DNA from: Ylistrum balloti
Taxonomy: Eukaryota
Length of the DNA: 64,000 bases
NCBI RefSeq assembly: GCF_031769215.1
Contig: NW_026782401.1
Coordinates: 1,364,001-1,428,000 of the forward strand
Direction of reading: 5' to 3'
This document shows, piece after piece, positions 1 to 11,212 of this stretch. The notes beneath the pieces are model-generated. The model worked only from the letters and a program-made list of their open reading frames with translations, had not been told where the DNA came from and made no database searches. The translations under genes and the position numbers were made by a program. Numbering within the stretch: position 1 is the stretch's first letter; each line of letters opens with the position of its first letter.

Positions 1-1472
1 ATCATACAGTTGTTTCATTCTTTCTATGTCTCGTTAGTGATACTAATGGCATAACTTTTGAAGCCTAGGAGGCGACTGAGGTAAATCAAAAGCGATCGAG
101 AGAAACGTCTAAATCTAGATGGGGAGGTGCACAAATCCCTTACTTCAACAGATTATGCATACTAATCTCATATGATTCTTACATGCATGATCTTAAGATG
201 CGACCAACCTTAGAATTTTTGTCCAGTCTTTCTTACCTGAATACTCTTATTTGTTTATCCTATCTTCCTCGATACATTTGTACTACATTATGTTTACCTT
301 TGAGATTAACAGCTGCCCAAGTCAGAAAAGCTATTGGTTCTGTATCCTGGCTTTGACACACACAGTTCACGCAATGTTTTAACACGCCCCCAGCTTGACG
401 ATTAACATTTTATGGGGTGAAAGGACTATTATAATGATTCATTATATGATTTATTTAACGGATTGAGTTATCTTGCAATAGTGTCCAGGTTATGTCATTT
501 CAGTGTGACAACACTATAAAAGAGCCCGTTGTTTGTCCTATCATCCGTGGACACTGTCTTCAAAATAACATTGCTGCTGCTAGTACATATAGGACAATTA
601 TTCAAACAAGCATTAACCTTTTCTTTACTGCAGCATACCCACACTTCTCTATGATTTAACTTTCGATGCTCATATTCACAGAGTTAATTTTAACGCTGTA
701 GCTTTATATCAAAATTATGTGTCATAAGTGTTAATTGATAATAGCTAAACATTATTTAGAGATGTACATTGTACCATGCATTCAATAACTCCTCTTCGTG
801 ATTCAAAATAATCTGACTTATAAACATGTTCTGTGAGAATAACATGCTTAAGGTCACTCCCAGACATTCAAAGGAAAAGATTATATTCTAGCTAAGCCTG
901 ACATGAATAGGGGAAACCTGATCGCACCACAAAGCGTATTTTTATACACAATAATCATTTTCCGTTAGACAAAAAACTGAAACAAAAATCTATATGGACA
1001 AAGCGAGTCAGATTATCAATAAAGCTTGTATGATTCCGCATAATTGGTGACCGATCTGGGGTCTTATATCTCGCTAGTATTATCGGGTGACACAAAATGT
1101 CAGCGTCTGTTCCAGTAATACAGTATAAAAATGGCAGATACTGTCAGATATTTGACACAGGTCAGTCACTCTCGACAGGCCCGGCTGATTTTGTTGGAGT
1201 TTATACTACTACTTTAGCTGTGCTGTTTAAATACACAGGTCAGTTGAGGTAAGCATACATAAGTTATTTAATTTGCATCTGTCATGGGAGTTATATATAT
1301 GTTTTCTCATTTTGAATATTACCACGGAGTTCCATTATTAAAACAACATGGCGTCGAAGGGAGTGTTTACCGTTGAAGAACGAGCAACTGAAATTTGGAT
1401 TTGTCTTTTATCGACGTCACTGGAAGTGATCTGATTTCCACAGGTGCAACAAGTGATCATGTAATTTCTTCA

Positions 1473-1551
1473 CCACTGTTATGTACCCTGTAGATCCGAA
1501 TTTGTGTGAATTTAAGGCGACAAATTCGAATCTGCGGCGTTTTATAAAGTG
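1473..1551 (+). ncRNA. mir-10: mir-10 precursor hairpin (mature 5p 1484-1505/1506; 3p arm about 1521-1543)
   Basis: 1484-1505 reads TACCCTGTAGATCCGAATTTGT, the canonical bilaterian miR-10-5p. It pairs with CAAATTCGAATCTGCGGCGTTT (1521-1542) across a 14-nt loop, and the basal stem CCACT/AGTGG closes the fold. It lies upstream of Hox4 on the same strand, the established position of mir-10. Confidence 0.97.
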
Positions 1552-2514
1552 GTTGACTTTACAGCACGCAGAACTCTACAGAATTGTCCAACTGACTGGA
1601 AGGTGGATGCTATCTTTGACGCACTGATGTTACACACCGCAGGTAAAGATACCTTATCTAAATATTTCACCTTAAATGTTTCGGTTTAAATGAGAATTTG
1701 ATTTGTCGAACCAAAATGACCTTTATGACATGAAAGGCGTTAATTTAGAATAGAGCAATGACAATGAGAGCTAGAAGCGATAAATTTGAAAGAATTGCAA
1801 ACAAATGATAATGGCGTCAGTGTATGTGGAATACTTTATAGCGGCTATACCAGATAGCAGTAGCTTGTTCAGTGACCCTGAAGTGTGGGGTTTCAATGTC
1901 TCGTGGGATCGTCAAGGTCACAACGGTATTACAAATGCGGTATGTATATAATGAGTGTTGAATATACATACCACTCTACATAACTCGAGCTGCCACTTGC
2001 CCGTGAACTGTAATTTATTATCTTGTATGTACGTTATGCATGAAATGCCTGCTTCTAATGTGTAGCAACATATTAATGATATTGTGCAATGGAAACAAAT
2101 ATGTCGTACAGTCCTATGTACTGAACATGTCTTAGCATTAACAGCACTTGTTTATCAGATGTAGGAAGCTATGTTTAAACACTAGTTATTTTATCTTCAG
2201 AAATCACCGTGATATCAACTCTTACTACGTGCCCTAGATAAGTTGACTCATGATTTCATAACGAAGAGAATGTTGTGTAAAATGATATAAGGCTTCAAAA
2301 AATGTCAAAATATGTTTATCGAGCTCAGGATAACAAAGCTATCTCTATTTTTAATTCAGCTAATTATTGCGTTTCATATTTCGAATAAAATGTGACATGT
2401 TTACAGTTAAAGGCCAGCGTGTTCCGAAAGTATGTTATCAACTTATATATATGATATACTACTTGTATATTTATTTCACAGCAATTTGTATTTGTTTTCC
2501 TTTTCTCTCTCTCT

Positions 2515-2540
2515 CCCCCCCCCCCCCCCCCCCCCCCCCC
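2515..2540. repeat. poly-C tract (26 nt)
   Basis: Homopolymer C run preceded by a short (CT)n. Confidence 0.95.
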
Positions 2541-2921
2541 ACTCCCCTCTTATTTTTTGCATTAACTTTTACGTGATTTTTTTATAATCCTTCTCATCAA
2601 TTTGACGTGAAAATCTATATATGATCCAATGATAACTATTGCTTTTTCATTGAACACGTTTTATTAACCTTGCCATTAAAAAATAACTTCAATGTGATTA
2701 AAGTCTTCCTAAGTTCCGAACAAATTTCTTTATTTTTGTGAGACCCTTTGTTTGGTCCTTATGCCCACTGTCTTTTATTTTAACTTCACAATCATATGAC
2801 AATTTGATAGTCATAAATGTCTTAAGAAGGAATTGTTCATTTTGTTTAGCACTCGTGTCCGATAGTGATATTGTTACTGCCTTAGTTTGCGCTTTGTGAA
2901 CGCTGCATTTCATGTTCTTGA

Positions 2922-2960
2922 CTGACGAATCATAGATGGACGAAATAGATGTATGATGCA
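2922..2960 (+). ncRNA. degenerate hammerhead ribozyme copy
   Basis: CTGACGA-atcatagatggac-GAAA-tagatg-TA-tgatg. The core motifs are retained but stems I and II are disrupted relative to the copies at 3237-3412. Confidence 0.7.
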
Positions 2961-3236
2961 GTCACATCCATTGTTTGGCTTTACTTTATCAAAAGATGCT
3001 ATTTACTTCTGTCTCTTTTGTACAATCTTGACCTATATCTTAATACTAACGGTACCGTCGATGAATCAGAAGACCACTCGAGACCCATATGTATTTCCCT
3101 GTTAGTCATTTTGAATTTTATTTTAGATTTAAGTAATTATGGGGCTGCTGCACCTCCCCGTCTAGATTTTGACTTTTCTTTTGATTACTTTGGATTTTCC
3201 TTAGTCGCTTCCTGGGCTTGAAAATATAGGTTCATT

Positions 3237-3412
3237 GCATCACTGACGAGTTCGAGAGGGACGAAATAGCTGTATGATGTAACATCAATGACGAGTCCTA
3301 GAAGGACGAAATAGCTGTATGATGTAGCATCACTGACGAGTCCTAGAAGGACGAAACAACAGTATGATGTAACATCACTGACGAGTCCTAGAAGGACGAA
3401 ATAGCTGTATGA
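3237..3412 (+). ncRNA. tandem array of four 45-nt minimal type I hammerhead ribozymes
   Basis: Unit: (G/A)CATCA [stem I] CTGACGA [core] GTCC-TAGAA-GGAC [stem II] GAAA TAGCTG [stem III] TA / TGATGT [stem I']. Cores start at 3243, 3288 (C3-to-A variant), 3333 and 3378. Predicted GUA cleavage follows 3274, 3319, 3364 and 3409. Confidence 0.9.
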
Positions 3413-4425
3413 ATGGTTTGGCTCTACTGTATATCACTCTAAATTATATGCCTTTTGTACGATCCTCATCGATATTCAGTTGGAGGCTAGTGTACAGGTT
3501 GGTGTCATATTGTATTGATAGGAAATATCTAGCTCTCTATCCCCAATCCCGTTTAAGATAGTGATATTGTTTGTTGCCTGAATTGTGATTTATTCGTCAA
3601 TCATTGTGCTGAGTATTTATACATTTTGCTCAAATTAAAGTGGTGTTCCTCAGGGAAAGAAAATACACACAATTTGTCATTCCACATTATGTTATCACAA
3701 TACGTTTTTCATTCTGATATCTATAACATATGCGTTACTACTATAACGATACAATTTTTCATGTCATAAAAACATTATCAAAGACAATGCTAATGAGACT
3801 TATTTTAAGACATACATCAAATGTTAACATATTCATGATAGATATACTAGTATAACTTCACCAAATTCAATTCCAAAGTTTATTTTGGAGGAAAGATTGA
3901 ACTGCAATAAAAAAATGTCACCAGGTAAAGTATTACCGTTTTAGTTTATTGAAAACGAAAATCTGCAATTCGTCATACATTGTATGTGATACTGTCACGA
4001 TGCTTTATGTAATCCAGGAAACATGTCAACATTAGTCTAGGTCAAACTGAGGGAACGAATTTGAAATCATTACCGCCACTGAAGGCTTGCATAAGGTTAT
4101 GACGATCGTATTATTGCGTCAGTGTAGGTAAGCTTGCTTCATTTGGAAATATGGTGGAAACGACAACAGATTGAATGGATCATATTTGCTGATGGTAAAG
4201 AAAATTTAAAGTAAATTTCCTAGCTGTTAGCTGGTCAATTACTGATAACATTGGTTGCATATTAACATGATATGACCTATATTTTATATGTGCAGTGTAT
4301 TTTGATATCAATTTATGACTTGTCCATTACCACCGTTCAAAACGAAAGCAAATAGGTTATATTAACACAAAAGTTACATAATGTATTCCTTTAATGAAGA
4401 ATATTTCATAAATATTTCCAAAATA

Positions 4426-5664
4426 CCATTTTCCGCGTAAAACTTTGATATGCCGTTTTCCGCGTTAAACTTTGATATGTCCGTTTTCCGCGTTAATCTT
4501 TGATATGTCCGTTTTCCGCGTAAAACTTCGATATGCCCGTTTTCCGCGTGAAACTTTGATATGCCCGTTTTCCGCGTTAAACTTTGATATGTCCGTTTTC
4601 CGCGTTAATCTTTGATATGTCCGTTTTCCGCGTTAATCTTTGATATGTCCGTTTTCCGCGTAAAACTTCGATATGCCCGTTTTCCGCGTGAAACTTTGAT
4701 ATGCCCGTTTTCCGCTTTAAACTTCGATATGCCCGTTTTCCGCGTTAAACTTTGATATGCCCGTTTTCCGCGTTAAACTTCGATATGCCCGTTTTCCGCG
4801 TGAAACTTTGATATGCCCGTTTTCCGCTTTAAACTTCGATATGTTTTCCCGTTTTCCGCGTTTTCCGCGTTAAAATATGTCCGTTTTCCGCGTTAAACTT
4901 TGATATGCCCGTTTTCCGCGTTAAACTTCGATATGCCCGTTTTCCGCGTTTAACTTTGATATGCCCGTTTTCCGCGTTAAACTTTGATATGTCCATTTTC
5001 CGCGTTAAACTTTGATATGCCCGTTTTTTAAACCGATATGCCCGTTTTCCGCGTTTAACTTTGATATGTCCGTTTTCCGCGTTAAACTTTGATAAAACTT
5101 CGATATGCCCGTTTTCCGCGTTAAACTTTGATATGCCCGTTTTCCGCGTTAAACTTCGATATGCCCGTTTTCCGCGAAACTTTTATGCCCGTTTTCCGCT
5201 TTAAACTTCGATATGCCCGTTTTCCGCGTTAAACTTTGATATGCCCGTTTTCCGCTTTAAACTTCGATATGCCCGTTTTCCGCGTTAAACTTCGATATGT
5301 CCGTTTTCCGCGTTAAACTTTGATATGCCCGTTTTCCGCGTTAAACTTCGATATGCCCGTTTTCCGCGTGAAACTTTGATATGCCCGTTTTCCGCTTTAA
5401 ACTTCGATATGCCCGTTTTCCGCGTTAAACTTCGATATGTCCATTTTCCGCGTTAAACTTTGATATGCCCGTTTTCCGCGTTAAACTTCGATATGCCCGT
5501 TTTCCGCGTTTAACTTTGATATGTCCGTTTTCCGCGTTAAACTTTGATATGTCCGTTTTCCGCGTAAAACTTCGATATGCCCGTTTCTCGCGTTAAACTT
5601 TGATATGCCCGTTTTCCGCGTTAAACTTCGATATGCCCGTTTTCCGCGTTAAACTTTGATATGC
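4426..5664. repeat. 28-bp minisatellite, about 44 copies
   Basis: Unit GATATGCCCGTTTTCCGCGTTAAACTT(T/C), period 28 (ATG at 4561 and 4589), with a few truncated units. Confidence 0.97.
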
Positions 5665-5758
5665 TGTCTAAGGGTTAGCATTTCATCACATAGGTTAAAG
5701 CAACTGAATTTAAAAAATAGTAATGACGCTTTTTTTCGCTTTCTTTTTCTTCAATACA

Positions 5759-5970
5759 CTTACCCAGACACCTATCGTGTCCTTTCTGTACTGTCCAGTC
5801 ATAGAAAAAGGGCAAAGGTGCAGCAAAATATTTATGTCTGCATTACCTTTTTAATATTTATAAATCGGTACAATTACCCAGACACCTATCATGTCCTTTC
5901 TGTACTGTCCAGCCCAAGAAAAAGAGCAAATGTGCAGCGAAATATCTATTTGAATATTTATAAATGATCG
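5759..5970. repeat. tandem duplication, period about 114 bp
   Basis: TTACCCAGACACCTATC(G/A)TGTCCTTTCTGTACTGTCCAG occurs at about 5760 and 5874, each followed by similar sequence. Confidence 0.9.
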
Positions 5971-7129
5971 GATGAATTGTAATACTGTACTAGAATGACA
6001 CTATCATCTGCTAATTATAAAACAAGTATTCTACACTAGAATTTGATCTGAAAGTTTCACGAAATAGACGCGCAGGAGCTGTCTTTTTTATGTTTCTATG
6101 GACGTTGTGACCTACTGTGCTAGGATAGTTCAGTCTACAGACAGTGATTTATTGTATTAAGGTGGTGTTTCGTGTACATGCTTAGCAACTGAGGAATGCT
6201 TACCTTTAACTTTTTGAAAATGAATAATAAACAGAAAAAAGAATTTATGGAATGCTTGCTCTTTCTGTTTTCACGTGACCACATACATGCTTCTATCCGT
6301 ATGACAGATTCTTTTAGTTTTAACTTTTTACACTAGAACTTAATTATGTTATTAACAGATTGGTGCTTCGAGAAAAAATGCGATATTAGTAATGTGTCCT
6401 CATTAATTAAGTGTGAATTAGATGCATATAAATCGAGTACAGGGGTGATACAGAAGTAGGTCTCCTGCACCACAAGTGACTGTGACGTCATCGATCAAAT
6501 TACGAAAGGAAAGCAACTCACTAACGATTGGGAACCTGTTTATACACAAAATGGACACAGAAATCTGTAGTGTCCTGTGGCAAAATAACACAAGGATCGA
6601 TCGTAATTGGCAATGTTTATCGTAATTGGACGTTTATCAAGCTATATTAGATTAGGATGAGACACCAATTTTAAACATTAAACCAAAATAAAATTTACAG
6701 AGTTTCTCTCCTCAGGCAAAACGACCGGACCACAAACAGTTCACTCCCACTAAATAATTCCATGGCTTTCTGTAGGTGTAGCAATCGATTTTCGGAAACA
6801 CTTTCGTATGGTAAGAAATCATGTGTATTCTGATATCGCATAAAGCCATTCGTCTGGCATACAGTTACAATACATTAACGAATTTCATTGATTTTGAGTT
6901 ATGATATTACCAGGTAAAATAAATCAGCGGAGCGGTGTTCATTGTATTTAGGGCTGACAATTTCATCCTTTTGTCAAATGACCGTTGATCGTTGATAATT
7001 TTGGTATACTATCCGAAAGCAAATGCATAGTAAAACAGTATCAATGTCACTTAAAACGTATCCTCATATTGGTCAATGGATGATAGTTAGAAAAAAAGCT
7101 TGTCAACACAATCATAATCCAACTCAAAT

Positions 7130-7240
7130 CCATTAAAACTAAGGAAAACGTGAACAACAAGAAAGATTGAAATTAGAAAAGCACACGGAGAATAAGACCA
7201 GGTGTTCCTGAAGAGTAAGCGTCTTCCGTTCGATTATATT
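7130..7240 (-). mobile_element. Penelope-like element terminal (pLTR-type) remnant
   Basis: GAGAATAAGACCAGGTGTTCCTGAAGAGTAAGC is homologous to copies at about 17130 and 47270 and to the reverse complement at about 48250. The 47 kb copy is contiguous with a Penelope-type RT C-terminal fragment. Confidence 0.5.
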
Positions 7241-7799
7241 TAGATGTTTTTTAAACATATATGACATAATTTATACCATCATACCAGTACTAGGCACGGA
7301 TTGTAAAATATATAACACCGCCAGTTGTTATAGATCGCCACCAAAATGGGTGCCATTCACATTCATATGTTATCTGAGTGATTACGTGGACAGTTCTATT
7401 CTCTTTAAGTGGAAATGAAGGAAACCTAATACTTTTCTCCAAATACCCCTCACCTAGATCTTTAAATCACAGGAGTTTTTACTTACTTCATATCAACATA
7501 CACGTTCTCCCACAATTATATATAGTGTAGCTCGTAGTACTGAGCTTTTTGGAATTCGTCAACTAATGAGGAATATTGCAAGGTTTTGAAAATTGTCTTG
7601 GTCTTCAACAAAGAATCTTGAGAAATATTGAAATTAAAAAAAAATCATATATATATATGGATATGCCATGTGGTTTCACTACCTTTACCTCGGTTCATTT
7701 TGGTAATGTAGAAATACATTTAAATGTCATAAGACGTTTTTATGCGGGTCCTCAATGAAAAGGAGGCTTATCCCACTTAAACGCGTGGCTTTTTATCTA

Positions 7800-8175
7800 T
7801 CAAGCTAGCATAGGGTGGTGAAACTCCGACAAACGTTCATCATAATGGAACTCACAATACCAATGAAAGGAAAGACACAAAAAGGAAGAGCGATAGTATG
7901 AAGGATGCAGGGATAAGGGATGGATTGTGTGACTGTTATTCCAGCTAGGTGAGCAAGCTCCTAAAACATCTGAAATTTGTGTGGAAGGATGAAGCAGCAG
8001 CCTTGCGAAAAGTGGATGCAGCAGCGAAAAACAAACAGTATGCTGCATATGGCACCGTCGGAGCCCCGAATAGTTTAAATCTGGCTTTCTAACAAGGAGA
8101 TGGTGTGGTTCAGTGTTGAAACATATAACGGAAGTCGGGAACTAACTGAACTACTTGATAAAGAAGGAACAGACT
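7800..8175 (+). mobile_element. decayed 3' end of an RLE-type (HERO/NeSL-like) non-LTR retrotransposon
   Basis: Frameshifted peptides IIMELTIP (7839-7862), HKKEER*YEGCRDKGW (to 7923), LLKHLKFV...ALRKVDAAA and VCCIWHRR (about 8038-8061) are collinear with the restriction-like endonuclease C-terminus pattern ELTVPWE...HERKKAKY...C..KGW...AAE.AS.WLW.KR. Confidence 0.7.
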
Positions 8176-8665
8176 ATGGAGCAACGAGGAGAAAGCAAAT
8201 CAAACGAAACGTTTTACACAGGAAATACAACGAGGAGAAAGCAAATCAAAGGAACAGATATACACAGGAAATACAACGAGGAGAAAGCAAATCAAACGAA
8301 CGGATATACACAGGAAATACAACGAGAGCAGAAAGCAAATCAAACGAACAGTTTTACACAGGAAATACAACGAGAGGAGAAAGCAAATCAAACGAACAGA
8401 TATACACAGGAAATACAACGAGAGGAGAAAGCAAATCAAACGAACAGTTATACACAGGAAATACAACGAGAGGAGAAAGCAAATCAAACGAACAGTTATA
8501 CACAGGAAATACAACGAGAGGAGAAAGCAAATCAAACGAACAGTTATACACAGGAAATACAACGAGAGGAGAAAGCAAATCAAACGAACAGTTTTACACA
8601 GGAAATACAACGAGGAGAAAGCAAATCAAACGAACAGTTTTACACAGGAAATACAACGAGAACAA
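8176..8665. repeat. 48-bp minisatellite, about 10 copies (some 46-bp units)
   Basis: Unit GCAAATCAAACGAACAGTTATACACAGGAAATACAACGAGAGGAGAAA. It explains the repetitive 16-aa ORFs on both strands. Confidence 0.97.
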
Positions 8666-8899
8666 ATTGTTTACGATCATCTTAATCCAAATGTCTTCGT
8701 TTTCTTTTAGAACTCTCAATCTTAATCTATCTTTTCAAATCTGAAATCTTAAACTATGAAAAGCGCACAAAACTTCCACTTCTGTAAAGTAGAAATAGTA
8801 AAAGTATTTCTTCAGGCCACATCTTAACTTTACACAGCCTAACACAAGGTTTCATTGATTACACCTTCACCCAAACTGAAGAATACAGGTTGAGATTCG

Positions 8900-9300
8900 T
8901 GAAGATATCCCAGTATCTTCTACCCTGAAATGACATGTATATGTATGCATTCTATACGATATCTTATTGTAAGGTCTGGAGTCCAATTACGATGTTTAGT
9001 TTCAGTACAAATATGGGTGCCTTTAGAAATGATCATTAGAAATCGTTTGATTTTTAATTGAGTTAAATCAAATTCCTCAGTTCGGTGATGATGCAGAATC
9101 ACGTTATCTTCCTTGTCCATTTTGGATTTGATCATTCACATAATACGCCTCCCTTTTCCATTATCGTTGTCATGTAGTTCTTTGTTATGGCATGGCTTGT
9201 GAAAGTCATCTTACAAAAATGTGCATCTACATTGTGTTTAAATAAAAACATCATGTAACCACAAAATAGGGCAGTCAACCCATGTAGTGATGTTTGACTT
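8900..9300 (-). mobile_element. possible decayed Penelope-like ORF fragment
   Basis: Minus-strand peptide IISKGTHICTETKHRNW resembles the LISKGPK(F/Y)REP..INW motif I associate with mollusc Penelope-like ORFs. Many stops and frameshifts; unverified. Confidence 0.3.
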
Positions 9301-10810
9301 AGCTATGAATCTTAAGGCTTGTGTGAAAGAACCACTTTGTCGAACAGGTGAACCCGAACTTCCTAAGAATGACAGCACATCCTCTGGATATCGTCGGTTA
9401 AATGGGGTCAAAGTTGAAGTGTCCATTGTGCTGTTTACAGGTAGATAATTGTAAGCTGTTTGTTTATTTCTGATGAACTTTATTAAAATATGATTTTCTC
9501 CCCTCAATTAAAACAAACCAAGAAAAAGGAGAGAATAAATAAAAATAACGGTTTACAAAAAAAAAAAAAAAAAAACATTTAAACTGCATCCGGAAATTCT
9601 ATAGAAATGAAATCTGCATGCATAGGTGTTGTAAATTGAAGCTAAATGATGTCGCGCGATGTGACATGTGTTGAATAAGTAATCTGAAGAAGACCGTTTG
9701 TAGGAGAATATATAGTATATAATGTATGTCGACTGAGATTTCACCTTCCGTGTAGCATTCCTCAGTCAGGGAGGAATCAACATAACATCATACATGTATG
9801 TGATATGTTTGTATTGTGCCAGGTGAGATTCGGGGCACATGATATACAACGACAGGTACATCAAGATAATCAAACACATTATTGTTGATTGAATTTTTGA
9901 AAAATCTTATTTGTTTTTCGTCTGTTTTTGAAAGTGCTTCATTAACACGTATAATATCAAATGATACAATCTTGATTGTATTGGCGGAAAGAATGTTGTC
10001 TAAACCATAGACGAAGGGAAACAACTCTAATAACAAACAGGCAACTTGATCTCCGAGATAGCTTTTGACACCAGGAGCAAAAATAAAACCACATAATCGA
10101 ATTTCGTGGCATGTCGTCTGCTCGTTGGACAACATGGGGTCATTAGATATGAAACAGTTCTCACGTTTTTATTTACACTCACTAACAGACAATACATATC
10201 AGATTTCATCAGGATTCGCATTCTAACCCCTAACATACAGAACACACGGCAGTTTTAAAGTCAGATTGGACTAGTGTAAATAAATCATTAATTATATGTA
10301 ATCTGATGTCAGATCGACGTGTCCGGATATAATACGCCAGTGACGATTTGTATTTTATCTGTGCCCTTCAATATCTCGGAGATGCTTATCTCTCGAGAGC
10401 AGATGACCGGGGGCTATTGTAATATTGTTAGAGGTGTCAAAACACCCATACTTATAATCAAATTCCAATTTATTGTTTACAATTGGATTTCATATTTCTT
10501 GTATTGTCATAAATTCGACTTTCCAAATGGTTTGTACGAAGAGATCAGAATCGCTCGGATTGATCAAACCACCTGGTGCAATATTGTATGTGCGTATAGA
10601 AGGTATTGTTTTCTTTGCGTGGGATCAATCGACTTGGAATGACTTTTTATCTCTAAGTAACAGAGGTTCACAACAATAAACATTGACTGAAATGTTTGCC
10701 GTTCAGAACCAAATCTTTAATAGCATTAAAATTCTTTTTATTCATATATACAACCATGCGTGACTTTTTTGTCTGCCTACATTGTATGGCTGATGTAATA
10801 TATGTTCACA

Positions 10811-11212
10811 CTACTAGTGACCTGATATGACTGATGTTTCCTTACTCTACCAGTGACCTGATATGACTATTGATAACTGATGTATATATGTTACTAGTGA
10901 CCTGATATGACCTGATATGACTATTGTTTCCTTACTCTACTAGTGACCTGATATGACTATTGTAACCTTACTGTACTAGTGACCTGATATGTCTGATGCA
11001 TCCTTACTCTACTAGTGACCTGATATGACTATTGTAACGTTACTGTACTAGTGACCTGATATGACTGATGTTTCCTTACTCTACTAGTGACCTGATATGA
11101 CTATTGTAACCTTACTGTACTAGTGACCTGATATGTCTGATGCATCCTTACTCTACTAGTGACCTGATATGACTGATGTATCCTTACTCTACTAGTGACC
11201 TGATATGTCTGA
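10811..11212. repeat. 36-bp minisatellite, about 11 copies with alternating variants
   Basis: TACTAGTGACCTGATATG recurs at 10938, 10974, 11010, 11046, 11082, 11118, 11154 and 11190. Tails are either ACTATTGTAACCTTACTG or (A/T)CTGATG..TCCTTACTC. Confidence 0.95.

Larger units (their letters stand above)
2855..3470 (+). mobile_element. retrozyme-like / Penelope pLTR-like non-autonomous element carrying hammerheads
   Basis: Hammerhead motifs delimit a 321-nt unit (predicted sites after 2953 and 3274). The sequence after the last hammerhead (ggtttggctctact...cttttgtacgatc) repeats the sequence after the first (tgtttggctttact...cttttgtacaatc). A homologous copy is on the - strand at 54185-54420. 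Confidence 0.6.

Noticed and set aside
8100-8744. Repetitive ORFs on both strands (214, 176, 136 and 74 aa)
   Set aside because: They arise from the 48-bp (16-codon) minisatellite; there is no evidence of a real gene.
3237-11212. CRISPR-like interpretation of the short tandem arrays
   Set aside because: Units are contiguous with no unique spacers, there are no cas genes, and the context is eukaryotic.
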